64,000 nucleotides of DNA from an uncultured delta proteobacterium (GCA_963724765.1 CAVRVY010000003.1:1376001-1440000), one strand, 5' to 3'; shown: positions 38,138-53,538, numbered from the stretch's first letter. Made by a program: numbers and translations. The notes: a model not told the origin generated them from the letters alone.

Positions 38138-39357
38138 ATGGATCAGGCACTAGTGTCCGCCGGCAAGGTCAATATTACTCCGCGCTCCGCGATGATGCTC
38201 GGCGGCTATGAGAACCGTAAAACGCCGTCCAGATCGGTCGCGGATGAACTTGAAGCAAACGTCCTTCGAATAGAAGGGAAGCTTGGGCGAGTGGTGATAG
38301 TCACTACCGACCTGCTCTATCCCGGGCAAACACTGCGCAACCAGCTTCTGCAGAACCTGGATCTTAACGAAGACGAGCTCTTCTTAAGTGCCTCGCACAC
38401 GCACTATGCCCCCATGACGGCGCCGGCCATGCCACTCCTCGGCGTCGTAAATGACGACTATGTTCGAGATTTGTCAAATCGGATTTCGACGCTAATCAGA
38501 TCTCTGGAACGGCCCAAGCGGTCCTACCGTTGCACGTACCATGAGGGCCTTTTGAATCATTCGATGAATCGCCGTCTGGCCCGTTTGCGGCTGACAGGGT
38601 CCGGTTGGTACCGGTGATCGGTATGGGTCCCAATGAAAGGGGAGAGAGGGACGAAACTGTCTGACTTCTTAGATTCGCAGATGAAAATGGCGTATCTGTC
38701 GCGGTTCTCTGGAACTACGCTTGTCATGCCTCGGATCTCTTCGATCGTCAGCAGATATAGGCCGCATACCCGGGTAAGGTTCGCCAGCGCCTGCGAGAAA
38801 CCTTCGGGAATGTGCCGGTACTGTTTTTTCAAGGCTTCTCCGGGGATGTAAGGCCTCCCTTCGTTGGGTTATCACCAGGCTTTAGAAGTTTAGCCGCGGA
38901 GAGCATTGCGAGGACCCCAGTTTAAGAAGGCTCCTACAAAACAAATGTGGGAGACCTGGTCTGACAGTCTGGCAAGTTCGATAGCCGAATCTTGCGCTAC
39001 ATCTTCTGGTACTCTGGAAATGCGATCACCCAAAGTGAAGCGGGTTGAGGTGCGGGAAAGTGAGTTCGCGGTTGGTGGGAGTGGAACCAAGTCTCTTTTC
39101 TGGCACGTGATAGATTGTGGTGGCTTTCAAATCGTGGGCATTAACGCGGAACCTGCTGTTGGGTACCGGCGCTTAATCCAGGATAAGTTCGATCGCACGC
39201 CATTCCTGACGGTTGGATGTCTCGATCAGACTCACTGCTACTTGCCACCGATGCCATGATCGCAGAAGGCGGATATGAGGTAGAAGGCTTCCGCCGCTTA
39301 TTCGGTTTTGATGGACGATTCGGGATGAAATGCAGACTTCGATTATTAAAAGGTTGA
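38138..39357 (+). pseudogene. Disrupted neutral/alkaline ceramidase-like gene
   Basis: NITP..LGGY..R, SASHTHYAP, MNRR; other frames give GPN, VLWNYACH, FFQGFSGDVRP and CYLP(T)DAMIAEGGYE, with in-frame TGA/TAG stops and frameshifts. Confidence 0.7.
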
Positions 39358-39411
39358 GCGAGGCGCTGCACTAGAGGTAGCGCCTCGGATCCTGCACTCG
39401 GTGGTGAACAA

Positions 39412-40269
39412 ATGAATAAGTGCCTGGCAATAACTCCGGCTCGCGACGAGGAGCGCTTTCTGCCAGGGTTGATCGAATCTATGGCCGCGCAGACGTGCCG
39501 GCCACAGAGCTGGATCGTGATTGACGACGGCTCCGCCGATCAAACCGCCGCGCTGCTCGGCCAGGCCGCGCTTGAACATCCATGGATCGAGGTTCACCAC
39601 CTTCCCCGCAACCGCGCACGTGCCTTCGGCGGCGAGTCAGTGATCATGCATTTTCTGAAGCCGGAGCGGATCCGGGGCTACGACTACATCCTGCGCCTTG
39701 ATGCCGACCTTACGTTTGGACCAACCATGATCGAATCGCTTCTGACGGAGTTCAGCAAAGATCAGGATCTGGGGGTTGGTGGCGCGGTGCTATATGAACC
39801 TCACAATGGCGCATGGCACGAGGTCAAGGTGCCGCGCTTCCATACTCGGGGTGCCGTGAAAATGTATTCCACCCGATGTTTTGAGGCGATTGGCGGCCTG
39901 CATCCAGGCGTCGGCTGGGACACGATCGACGAAGCACATGCGATGCTGCTGGGCTTCACAGCCAAAAACTTTCCTAGCATCGTTGCGAATCATCATCGTC
40001 CACAAGGGCTGGCGGGAGGGCTTCTGCGTAGCAGGTTTAGCACCGGTCATACTGCGTATCTAGTCGGATATTCGCCGGTGTTTATGATGATGCGATCGCT
40101 TGTGCGGTTATTTGACAAGCCGATATTTGTTGGTAGTCTCATGATGCTCAGCGGGTACCTGAGTGGATACCTGCGCCGCGTCCCAAAGAGTTCTTCCCCG
40201 GAGCTGATCAGATTTATCCGACGTCAGCAGCTCCGCCGACTCCTGATGATGGAATCGGTCTGGCGCTGA
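39412..40269 (+). CDS. Glycosyltransferase family 2
   Basis: ITPARDEE, VIDDGSADQT, LDADL (DXD), RGAVKMY, GWDTIDE. Confidence 0.9.
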   Translation: MNKCLAITPARDEERFLPGLIESMAAQTCRPQSWIVIDDGSADQTAALLGQAALEHPWIEVHHLPRNRARAFGGESVIMHFLKPERIRGYDYILRLDADLTFGPTMIESLLTEFSKDQDLGVGGAVLYEPHNGAWHEVKVPRFHTRGAVKMYSTRCFEAIGGLHPGVGWDTIDEAHAMLLGFTAKNFPSIVANHHRPQGLAGGLLRSRFSTGHTAYLVGYSPVFMMMRSLVRLFDKPIFVGSLMMLSGYLSGYLRRVPKSSSPELIRFIRRQQLRRLLMMESVWR

Positions 40270-40572
40270 ACGGAGGACCGCTACTTTGAGCGGCGGAAAG
40301 CGACCGACCACATGGCGGCGCTCTCACCGACGATCTCGAATCTCATGTTCTTAGATCAAACAGTCGCTCATGCTCGTCAAATGAGGCCGGCGCAGGATAC
40401 AAGAAATTCTCGCGAAGCCAGCGGCCTGTATCGACCAGATCGCACCTGCGTCTCAGGCGGCGAGTCAATGACCGTGGTGAATTGCTAGCTAGTCAAAACA
40501 GCGATTTTTTTAGCGGAAGGAGCCGGTCGACCATAGAAACCTCGAATAAGTGAAAGACCTATTGCGAATCTG

Positions 40573-40610
40573 TCAGCTATTGAGAGTAACCATCAGCTAT
40601 CGAGAGTAAC
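40573..40610. repeat. Tandem 18-bp direct repeat, 20-bp period
   Basis: TCAGCTATTGAGAGTAAC-CA-TCAGCTATCGAGAGTAAC. Confidence 0.8.
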
Positions 40611-40694
40611 GCACACGAGAGGATCGAGTGGGCCTGAAGAACTTAGCCAATTATCATAAGATGCGGCTGTTGTGTCCGCTTTCCGTGAGCACTG

Positions 40695-41405
40695 TCACGT
40701 GTCGCTCATGTGCATCAGTCGTCCCCCAGCCTGTCTTAGTAGACGCAGGGCCAGGGCGGGGTCCCGACGCTTCCATGATTTAATCAACTGCGAAAGTCCA
40801 AACTCCCAGTGCGACGTCATGCGCGGCGGCGCCCAGCGCATAGAGCCGTTAAGTATTGAGGTACGTAAAGAACCAAGATTTTCTACTTCCAGGAGCGCAC
40901 TGCCAATACTGCAAGCGAAGTGCGCGTCGGACCCCGCAAAACCGCGCTTGCCAAGAAATTTCGCTAATTCGTCAGCGCGTTGGTTTCGTGACGGTTTGGT
41001 GCGGCAATTTAGTACTTCGACCAAGTCACATTCGGCCGCGATTTTCTCTGGAGCGCGATGCCCTACGTAGGGATGAGGCAAGAGCAGGAGGGCATTGGAT
41101 GCTCGTGCTTCCTTCACGAAATCCGGGAATTTCCGGGCCTTAAGCTCGTGCTCAATGAATGCGGCTATTACATCACCTTCGTCTGTGAGGTACTCGGCGG
41201 CGATCGGCACTTGCAAAGACGGCAGACAGCGGGCCGCGGCAGCCCTTAGTTCGCGCGCGCCAGCAGTCGTATCGTGGTCGGTAAGAATTATAAAATCGAG
41301 CGTCTCTGCCGCGGCAACTCGAAGGTAAGTTGCGATACTTACGAGCGAGTCGTGGGAGTATCGCGAATGGCAGTGGATGACGCCCCGAAGATATCTTTTG
41401 CCCAT
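40695..41405 (-). CDS. PHP-domain metal-dependent phosphoesterase
   Basis: IHCHSRYSHDS, LTDHD, AEY, PHPY, VEVLN, AGSDAH. Confidence 0.88.
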   Translation of the reverse strand: MGKRYLRGVIHCHSRYSHDSLVSIATYLRVAAAETLDFIILTDHDTTAGARELRAAAARCLPSLQVPIAAEYLTDEGDVIAAFIEHELKARKFPDFVKEARASNALLLLPHPYVGHRAPEKIAAECDLVEVLNCRTKPSRNQRADELAKFLGKRGFAGSDAHFACSIGSALLEVENLGSLRTSILNGSMRWAPPRMTSHWEFGLSQLIKSWKRRDPALALRLLRQAGGRLMHMSDT

Positions 41406-41929
41406 GCTGGCCTTTCGGCATCTACCGAGCGTTGCAGCCGTAGACGATGCCGGTCTTGTAGTCTAAGTTTTCTCCGTCATTTTTTTGCAGTCGCCTGACC
41501 AGTCACCACCATACAGAAAAAGTATCGAAGGCCATAGGGCTAAGCAGTAAGCGTGCCGATAAGACCCCTCCTGGTCCTTAAACGGGAATGCCCGTTGCAC
41601 TGTTGGAATTGAGTAGCTGCTTCATTAGTGGGCTCTTATGCAGGAGATCCATGATTCCATATCTCGCGGCCGCCATCATCATTCTGGATTAGCCACACGG
41701 TACATCGCCGTGCGATACCGCGAATAGCAAGTACCTCGCCGGAGCATTCTTCGTCAGTAGCGGAATGCAATTCTACTTCTACATCGGGAAAATCCCGATC
41801 CTTCTCTTGGGTACGAACGCAGTTCAGTCGCCGGAGCTCAGTGGCGTGCGCTCCGCGATCCACTTTTTGCTCTGTCTCGTCTGCTTGTATTTCGGGTTCT
41901 TCAGCCGCAAGCGCCCAGCGGCTTGAAAA

Positions 41930-42093
41930 GGGCCGTTCACGAACAGCCTCCACGGCACGAGGATGCCGGCGGCATCTTTGCGATACTGCTCCCGCTCTGA
42001 TCGGGCCGCGGCGCTCGCAAAATTCAAACGCCGGGTCTCCAGCGCTTTCTTGCAGGACTTCTTTTGTAGGGGCCGTTCGTGAACGCCTTCTAT
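41930..42093. repeat. Inverted pair of GTAG/GTGG-type REP-like palindromes
   Basis: Minus strand 41953-41930 reads GTGGAGGCTGTTCGTGAACGGCCC; plus strand 42066-42093 reads GTAGGGGCCGTTCGTGAACGCCTTCTAT. Confidence 0.6.
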
Positions 42094-42110
42094 CAATCGC
42101 CGGCGGATGG

Positions 42111-42974
42111 CTATTCCGATCGCTCTCGAAGCGATTCGGCGGTCTGCGTCAGGAACCCTTTGAGGTCCGTCGTTCGCAGCCCGTCGATCGCGACACGGCT
42201 AACCCAAGTCAGCGCGCGCGCGTCGGCGGTGACGAACGTATCCGCCGCCGCCGCGCCGCTTACCGCATGCATGACCTCGTTCGCTTCCTCGGCGCGCGAG
42301 GCTCGTCCCTCCAGGCTCAGCGCGCAAGCGAGCGAGAGCGCCGCGCCCACCCACATCCTGACGCTCTTCAACGCGAGCAGCGCTTCGGCGCCGCGACCCT
42401 TGCATTGCGCGCCGACGCCGGCGCGTTCGGCGAACGCCGCCGCCGCATCCGGCGCGTTGCGCTCGAAATATTGTTCAAAAGCTACAATGTTGGGTGGCGG
42501 CGTGAAACGCGTACCGCATTCGGCGAGAAATTCGCCGAGCCCCGCAACGAATGCTTCCCGCTCACGTCGCACCTCGTCGAGCGCCTGCGTGAAGTCCTCG
42601 TTCAGTTCCTCGCCATCGCTCTCGAGCAGCTCGGAAATTCCGGTGGTCACCGCATTCTGCATCGCGCCGTGCAGAAACGGACGCGCGGGTTCCGCGCCCG
42701 CGGCAAATGCACGGAGGTCATCGCCGAGCAACTGGCCGCACGGTTTGAGCAGAACTCGCCAGTTGCTGATCGAGAGCAGCAGGCGGAGTTGCGCAGCCAT
42801 CGCCTGCGGAGAGGCCGCGCGGGCAAGCACGATCTCTTCGAGATTGTGCATGCCCAGTGGAATCGAAATCGTGCGGCTGTAAATCGCTTTGCGCAGAGCG
42901 CCGATGTCGGCCGCAGTGCAATCGATCTTGCGGTAGAGATGGCCGAACGCGGTGCTGGCGAGATAGGCGACCAT
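42111..42974 (-). CDS. Hypothetical protein with degenerate PIN-like termini
   Basis: N-terminal VAYLASTAF (compare AYLDTN) and C-terminal EVMHAV..AADTFVTAD; GC3-rich; starts 22 nt after the gltD stop. Confidence 0.65.
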   Translation of the reverse strand: MVAYLASTAFGHLYRKIDCTAADIGALRKAIYSRTISIPLGMHNLEEIVLARAASPQAMAAQLRLLLSISNWRVLLKPCGQLLGDDLRAFAAGAEPARPFLHGAMQNAVTTGISELLESDGEELNEDFTQALDEVRREREAFVAGLGEFLAECGTRFTPPPNIVAFEQYFERNAPDAAAAFAERAGVGAQCKGRGAEALLALKSVRMWVGAALSLACALSLEGRASRAEEANEVMHAVSGAAAADTFVTADARALTWVSRVAIDGLRTTDLKGFLTQTAESLRERSE

Positions 42975-42996
42975 CGCGACGCGCCTTTGCCGCCGC

Positions 42997-44442
42997 CTAC
43001 AACTCGGGGCTGGCTTGCAGAAAACTTTCGCCCATCAACCAAGCGTCGACCGCGCGGGCGCATTCGCGCCCTTCCCAAATCGCCCACACCACCAGCGACT
43101 GTCCGCGCCGCGTGTCGCCCGCCGCGAACACTCCCGGCACGCTCGACATATAGTTCTCGCACAGCACGTTGCTGCGCGGGTCGAGCTTCAGCCCCAGTTG
43201 CGAGATGATCCCGTCGGGCTCCGGCCCCAGGAAGCCCAGCGCCAGCAGCACCAGCTCGCACTCGATGATGAAGTTGCTGCCCGGCACTTCCTCCATCACC
43301 ATGCGGCCATTGTTCTGCTTCCACTCAAGCTTGATTCCTTCGAGCGCCTTGAGCGCGCCGTTCTCGCCGATGAAGCGCTTGGTGTTGATGCTCCAGTCGC
43401 GTACCACGCCTTCCTCATGTGAGGTCGAAGTGCGCAGGATCATCGGCCAGTCCGGCCACGGCATCGCCACCGTCCTCCGCTCGGGCGGCATCGGCAGCAA
43501 CTCGTACTGGTAGACCACGCTCGCGCCCTGGCGGTTGGAGGTACCGAGGCAATCCGATCCGGTGTCGCCACCGCCCAGGATCACAACCTTCTTGTCCTTG
43601 GCGCTGATCGAGACCGCCGGATCGATCGTGTCGCCGGCGTTGCGGCGGTTCTGCTGCGGCAGAAACTCCATCGCGAAGTGCACGCCCTTGAGTTCCCGGC
43701 CCGGGATCGGAAGATCGCGTGGCTTGGTCGCGCCCATCGTCAGCACGATTGCGTCGTACTGCGAGCGCATCTCCTCGCCATGGATATCGAATCCAACGCG
43801 GCAACTGGTGACGACGTTGACGCCCTCGGCCTGCATCTGCTCGACTCGCCGGTTGACGAAGCGCTTCTCCAGCTTGAAATCCGGAATCCCGTACATCAGC
43901 AGCCCGCCGACGCGGTCAGAGCGCTCGTAGAGCGTCACGTCATGGCCGGCCCGCGCGAGTTGCTGCGCACACGCGAGACCCGACGGCCCCGATCCGACCA
44001 CCGCGACTCGTTTGCCGGTTTTGCGCGTGGGCGGCAGCGGCGTGACCCATCCTTCGGCCCACGCATGGTCGATTATGTTCTTCTCGATCAGCTTGATCGT
44101 GACCGGGTCGTTATTGATGTTGAGGACGCACGCCTCTTCGCACGGCGCGGGGCATACGCGGCCGGTGAATTCGGGAAAATTGTTGGTCGAATGCAGGCGG
44201 TCGATCGCTTCCTGCCAGCGTCCGCGGTAAATCAGATCGTTCCAGTCCGGGATGATGTTGCCGAGCGGGCAGCCCTTGTGGCAGAACGGGATGCCGCAAT
44301 CCATGCATCGCGCCCCCTGCGCGCGCAACTTGTCCTCGGGCATCTTGAGATCGTACTCGCGCCAGTCCTGCAGCCGCTCCGCGACCGGGCGCCGCGCCGG
44401 CGTCTCGCGCTTGATCTCCATGAATCCCGTTATTTTGCCCAT
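42997..44442 (-). CDS. gltD: Glutamate synthase small subunit
   Basis: [65 protein letters not shown]. Confidence 0.97.
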   Translation of the reverse strand: MGKITGFMEIKRETPARRPVAERLQDWREYDLKMPEDKLRAQGARCMDCGIPFCHKGCPLGNIIPDWNDLIYRGRWQEAIDRLHSTNNFPEFTGRVCPAPCEEACVLNINNDPVTIKLIEKNIIDHAWAEGWVTPLPPTRKTGKRVAVVGSGPSGLACAQQLARAGHDVTLYERSDRVGGLLMYGIPDFKLEKRFVNRRVEQMQAEGVNVVTSCRVGFDIHGEEMRSQYDAIVLTMGATKPRDLPIPGRELKGVHFAMEFLPQQNRRNAGDTIDPAVSISAKDKKVVILGGGDTGSDCLGTSNRQGASVVYQYELLPMPPERRTVAMPWPDWPMILRTSTSHEEGVVRDWSINTKRFIGENGALKALEGIKLEWKQNNGRMVMEEVPGSNFIIECELVLLALGFLGPEPDGIISQLGLKLDPRSNVLCENYMSSVPGVFAAGDTRRGQSLVVWAIWEGRECARAVDAWLMGESFLQASPEL

Positions 44443-44494
44443 CGTCTCACCAGCACATCTGGCTCCTTCAAAAGATCCTTCGCCAACTGCCCGT

Positions 44495-49051
<4,557 letters not shown>

Positions 49052-49053
49052 TG

Positions 49054-49596
49054 CTATGTCCTTTTGGATTCTCCCAACCCGTGGCGATGGCGCCGCCCGT
49101 TTCCCGGCTCGCCCGGCTCTTCGGCGGCGACGGTTATTTGCGTGCGCTCCGTATGCGTCGACAGCACCACCATCGTCTCCGTCCGGGTCACGCCTTCAAT
49201 GAGGCGGATGGTGCGGATGAGCTCCTCGAGCGTCGAGGTGTTGGCGGTCTTAACCTTGAGCAGCACGGTATGCTCGCCGGTGATGTGATGGCACTCGAGC
49301 ACGTCGTCAATCAGCTCGATGGTCTCCTCGAACAGGCTGATAGTCTTGGGATGGGCGATGGAGACGCCAATAAAGGCGGATACGTCCTTCCCCAGCCGTC
49401 TGGCATCGACCGCCGCGTGATAGCCCGTGATGATGCCGCCGTCCTCGAGTTTCTTGACCCGCTCGATGACCGACGGCGCCGACAACCCCACCTGCTCGCC
49501 GAGCTTGACGTGTGCGATCCTTCCGTGTTCCTGCAAAATTGACAGGATCTGAAGGTCGATAGCGTCCAGCTCGGGAGCTTCCCCACCTGATTTCAT
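49054..49596 (-). CDS. Lrp/AsnC-family transcriptional regulator
   Basis: [47 protein letters not shown]; ends 2 nt before the gltB start. Confidence 0.94.
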   Translation of the reverse strand: MKSGGEAPELDAIDLQILSILQEHGRIAHVKLGEQVGLSAPSVIERVKKLEDGGIITGYHAAVDARRLGKDVSAFIGVSIAHPKTISLFEETIELIDDVLECHHITGEHTVLLKVKTANTSTLEELIRTIRLIEGVTRTETMVVLSTHTERTQITVAAEEPGEPGNGRRHRHGLGESKRT

Positions 49597-49622
49597 AAGG
49601 AAAACCTCACTGCGACCTGCTG

Positions 49623-49650
49623 AACCTATCAGGTTGTCGAACTATGTCAA
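49623..49650 (-). promoter_or_regulatory. Putative sigma70 promoter of lrp-gltBD
   Basis: Minus strand TTGACA-N16-TAGGTT with an extended -10 TG. Confidence 0.5.
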
Positions 49651-50023
49651 GGGTTTATTAGGTCAGGGCCATAACTCAATCGTGTTTCCGAAGGATTGAG
49701 TGGTGCGTTCCTTAAATACCATATCGGACCGGCTTCCGTGCCTTCTTTTATGCGCGCGCTACAGACGAATACCCCAAAAGGGACAGCTCGAATAGAACGA
49801 CCACCTGTTCACGTCTAACTTATACGAAGGATGGTACGACTAATGCTTCTCATCAACAGACAGAACGTCCCACGTGACAAACTTGCGCGTTATGCTTTAC
49901 GGATCTGTTAAATTTCGTGTAAAAAAGCCCCGACTATGAAACGGGACGACGAAACAAGCACCGCGCTCATCGGATTCTCAACCGGAACCGGAGAGAAGTA
50001 GCGTCCGACTGCTTCAATCACAT

Positions 50024-50806
50024 ATGGCCGAGTCATGCATCGATGTCGCTCAAAACCTGTCCTCTCTCCTTTGTGACCCGGTCTTTTATGGTACGGGCGT
50101 CCCCAAGGGCGATGGCAGTCCGGTTCTGTTAATCCCAGGATTCTTTACAGGAGACTGGTCGCTTTCGACCCTGGCGCGGTGGCTGTCGCGAATCGGCTAC
50201 CGCCCCTATCTGTCAGGAATCGACTGGAATGTCGGATGCCCCGACGAAAAGTCGGACCGGTTGGGATGGCGTCTGGCGCATATCACCGATGAATGTGAGA
50301 TGCGGGCGGTCGTGCTGGGCCACAGTCTTGGCGGTGTCCTTGCGCGTGCGCTCGCGGTGAAATATCCCGCGCGTGTGGGCCACGTGGTGACGCTGGGATC
50401 GCCGGCGCGAATCGCATGGAGTGCGGTACGCGCACGCTATCGGCCAGCGATACGCGGCTTCCAGGCGTTATGGCAGGCCTTCAACAATCGGCCGGCGCAA
50501 TGCGGGACGGATCAGTGCTCGTGCCATTTCGGCGAAGCGGTAAACTCGCGATTTCCACGCACCCTGAAACTCAGTTCGATCTACACGCGCGCAGATGAAG
50601 TCGTCGATTGGCATGCCTGCGTCACCGCGGAAGGCGATAATCACGAGGTTTCGGGCGGCCACGTGAGCATGGCGGTCAACTGCGAGGTCTACCGGACGCT
50701 CGCCGTCATTCTCGCGACGGGAAAAAGCGACTCGCGTCCCGATGCCACTGCGGCTCCCGCCCAGGCCGCCCCCCCCTTAGCAATCGCTGCGCAAAGGTTG
50801 GGATAG
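50024..50806 (+). CDS. Alpha/beta hydrolase (lipase/esterase, PGAP1-like)
   Basis: PVLLIPGF, GHSLGG nucleophile elbow, VTLGSP, DEVVDW, GGHVSM. Confidence 0.88.
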   Translation: MAESCIDVAQNLSSLLCDPVFYGTGVPKGDGSPVLLIPGFFTGDWSLSTLARWLSRIGYRPYLSGIDWNVGCPDEKSDRLGWRLAHITDECEMRAVVLGHSLGGVLARALAVKYPARVGHVVTLGSPARIAWSAVRARYRPAIRGFQALWQAFNNRPAQCGTDQCSCHFGEAVNSRFPRTLKLSSIYTRADEVVDWHACVTAEGDNHEVSGGHVSMAVNCEVYRTLAVILATGKSDSRPDATAAPAQAAPPLAIAAQRLG

Positions 50807-50912
50807 GCGGGGCTGCATCGCCGCGTGCGCCGCGCACGAGCACGCCTTGCACGCGCCGTCATTTCATCTTCTGATGGAATGACTGGCTGGTCCGCGATGG
50901 CTGCGCGGCCGG

Positions 50913-51881
50913 TTACCGATTGGCGAGCCAGATAAGCGCGACAAAAATCGCCGCCAGCGAGCTGAAAAACAACCCAATCAAGATCCCGCGCCGCACGCGC
51001 CGGATGTGCAGGCTTAGCGGACGCAGCCGCTTTGCGCGTCCGGTAAGTTGCACGCGTTGCGGGTTGCTCAGGTCCTCGAGCATCTCGGCGGCGCTCTGGT
51101 AGCGGTTGCGCGGCGAGCGCTCGATCGCGCGCAGGATGATTTCCTCCAGATGCGGATCGAGGTCGGGCACGAAATGGCTGGGCGGTTGCGGATCCTCGTT
51201 GGCCTTCGCGCGCATCATCGCGTAGACGTTGGTTCCGGTAAACGGAAGGTTGCCGGTCACCATCTCGAACAGCATCGTGCCGAGCGCGTAGATGTCGGTG
51301 CGCGCGTCGCCGTGGCGGCCGCTGACCTGTTCGGGCGCCATGTAGTCGGGCGTGCCGATAGTGGTCGAAAGGCCCGACCAGGTAAGCCGGCGCGCCGATT
51401 CGTCGAGCGCGATTCCGAAGTCCATCAGCTTGACCTTGCCGTCGGCAGTGATCAGCGCATTTTCCGGCTTGAGGTCACGATGGACGATGCCGTGGCCGTG
51501 CATGTAGACCATCGCGTCGCAGATCTGGCGGGCGAACTCCAGCGCGTGCTCGGCGCCAAGCGGCCGCTCCTCGCGCATGATCGCGCGCAGCGATACGCCG
51601 TCGACGTACTCCATCGCGATGTACATCCGGCTTCGATGGCGCGGCGCCAGCACCTTGACGATGTTGGGATGATCGAGGCGGTGGCCGACGTCCTCTTCGC
51701 GCCGGAAGCGGTTGTAGAAAACCACGTCGCTCTCGAACTGCAGATAGGGAACTTTGATCACGACCGTCGCCCCGCTTTGCCGATCGACGGCCTTGAAGAT
51801 CGAGGCCATGCCGCTGCGCGCGATAAGTTCGGTGAGCTGGTACTGATCGAGCTTTTCGCCCGCGCTGACCTCGCGCATCAT
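50913..51881 (-). CDS. Hanks-type Ser/Thr protein kinase with C-terminal TM anchor
   Basis: SGMASIFKA, VIK, HRDLKPEN, DFGIA, GTPDYMAPEQ, DIYALG. Confidence 0.94.
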   Translation of the reverse strand: MMREVSAGEKLDQYQLTELIARSGMASIFKAVDRQSGATVVIKVPYLQFESDVVFYNRFRREEDVGHRLDHPNIVKVLAPRHRSRMYIAMEYVDGVSLRAIMREERPLGAEHALEFARQICDAMVYMHGHGIVHRDLKPENALITADGKVKLMDFGIALDESARRLTWSGLSTTIGTPDYMAPEQVSGRHGDARTDIYALGTMLFEMVTGNLPFTGTNVYAMMRAKANEDPQPPSHFVPDLDPHLEEIILRAIERSPRNRYQSAAEMLEDLSNPQRVQLTGRAKRLRPLSLHIRRVRRGILIGLFFSSLAAIFVALIWLANR

Positions 51882-51983
51882 TGGCAGAGCCTGCCCCCGA
51901 AACCCATGCGCGCGGACGTTAACACTGCCGCAGCGGCGGCCGCAACGCGCGTCGGGACGCGCGCCGCGCCGTGCCATCCCGAC

Positions 51984-52820
51984 TCAGTGCCGGCGTGCAA
52001 AAAGTCTCCCCAGCCACTCCCGCCATCCCGCGCCGAGACGGCTCTCGGCGAACGGCGACGCGCCGTTCATTATGAAGACCGCGGCGGTCAGGTTGTCGGC
52101 GCTGCCGTGCGCGTTGGCCGCTTCGATCAACGCTCTGCAGGCTGCGGCCGCGTCGCCGGAGCGCAGCAGATGCTCCAGTTTGCGCTCTTCGACCACGTTG
52201 TAGAGCCCGTCGCTGCAGAGCAGCAGACGGTCGCCCTTCACGAGCGGCATCGAGAACCGGCCGACTGATACGATCAGCTCGCGGCCCAACGAGCGGCTGA
52301 GCATCAGACGCTCAGGATGATCGCGTGCGTGCGCCGCGCTCATCAGGCCCATCCGCACATGCTCGGCAACCACCGTGTGGTCCTTGGTGATCTGTAAGAT
52401 GCGCCCGCGGCGCGCCAGGTACAATCGGCAATCACCCACGTGTGCCACATTGAGCCGGCCGCCTTCGACCACTGCCGCGGTCAGCGTCGTGCCCATCCAG
52501 CGCAACGCGGGCACCGCGATAGCGCGATGATGAATCTCGATGTTGGCGCGCTGCACGGCGCGATGCAGTCGCTTGGCCGCGCCCCACGCAACCGGGCTTT
52601 TGCGGTACGCTTCGAGCGTAACGTCGACGGCCATCCGGCTGGCGACCTCGCCGCCCTCATAGCCGCCGATCCCGTCGGCGATCACCAATAGCGCCGCCTC
52701 CGGGCTCTCGATGAAGTAACCGCAGGCGTCCTCGTTGCCGGGCCGATCGGTGCCGGCGTCGGAAAGCACGGCGAGATCGAAACCTTGCTGCGCGGCATCC
52801 GAGACGGTCGATTGGGGCAT
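51984..52820 (-). CDS. PP2C/PPM-family protein phosphatase
   Basis: RPGNEDA, IADGIGG, MGTTL, AHVGDCR, TKDH, LLCSDGL, DNLT. Confidence 0.94.
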   Translation of the reverse strand: MPQSTVSDAAQQGFDLAVLSDAGTDRPGNEDACGYFIESPEAALLVIADGIGGYEGGEVASRMAVDVTLEAYRKSPVAWGAAKRLHRAVQRANIEIHHRAIAVPALRWMGTTLTAAVVEGGRLNVAHVGDCRLYLARRGRILQITKDHTVVAEHVRMGLMSAAHARDHPERLMLSRSLGRELIVSVGRFSMPLVKGDRLLLCSDGLYNVVEERKLEHLLRSGDAAAACRALIEAANAHGSADNLTAAVFIMNGASPFAESRLGAGWREWLGRLFARRH

Positions 52821-52975
52821 GCGGCGTTCAGTCGGGCGGCGCGGGCCGCAGCGGTCCGCCGCTCAACGCAATCCGCCGGTGCGGATGGGCAGCGGGGTGC
52901 GCGCACACCCCAGACGCTTTTGGTGTCGCAAGGTCATCACGTGAAAATCAGGCCGCGCGAAATCAGGTCGCGATA

Positions 52976-53248
52976 TCACGGCGTTCGCGCGCGATGCAAT
53001 TCCCGCTCAGCGTTGAGCCAGTCGGCAAGGTCGTCGCCATGAGTTGCGCCGCGTGCAAGGAAAAGCTCGTAGGCCCGCAGCCGTATGGCCTCGATGTTGG
53101 TTTCGATATCACTATTCGACCCAGCCTTGGCTGCGCCGTTGCGCCCCGCCAGACCATTGGACTCCTGCTCCGTAGCCGCGGCCCCCTTGACCGCGTTTCT
53201 GGTCCGCCGCCGCACCGTCGCCCCGTTCCCCTTTCTAGCCGTAGCCAT
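52976..53248 (-). CDS. DUF2934-domain small protein
   Basis: IRLRAYELFLARG..HG.DLADWLNAEREL; AAGGAGG SD upstream. Confidence 0.85.
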   Translation of the reverse strand: MATARKGNGATVRRRTRNAVKGAAATEQESNGLAGRNGAAKAGSNSDIETNIEAIRLRAYELFLARGATHGDDLADWLNAERELHRARTP

Positions 53249-53409
53249 GTCCTGGAAAAACCTCCTTGAAAAAACCTGGAGAGCAACGTTCCTATTTATG
53301 GATACCGTGTGCCTGACGCCGGGCCAAGGGGGGCCTTTTAAAAAGTACCAGACGTTCGTTATCGCGTGGAGATCGGACGGCGTTGGTATGCGTCACTTAT
53401 GCGCCGATG

Positions 53410-53444
53410 GGCCGGCGGGCCGCAGGGACGGCGGCCCGCCGGCC
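53410..53444 (-). terminator. GC-rich stem-loop downstream of the porin gene
   Basis: GGCCGGCGGGCCGC-N7-GCGGCCCGCCGGCC, a 14-bp perfect stem; no clear U tract. Confidence 0.5.
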
Positions 53445-53538
53445 GGCGTACGGGGAGTTACCTCATCACCGGACTGTAAATCGCGATCAACCGCGAAAGA
53501 CCGGAGAATAATGCTCACGGTTAGCCTTCATCGTCATT

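Noticed and set aside
40573-40610. CRISPR array
   Set aside because: Only two 18-bp units with a 2-nt spacer, and no cas genes.
41406-41953. ORFs 41636-41953 and fragments upstream of the PHP gene
   Set aside because: No identifiable motifs; the ORF start lies inside a REP-like element; possibly degraded sequence.
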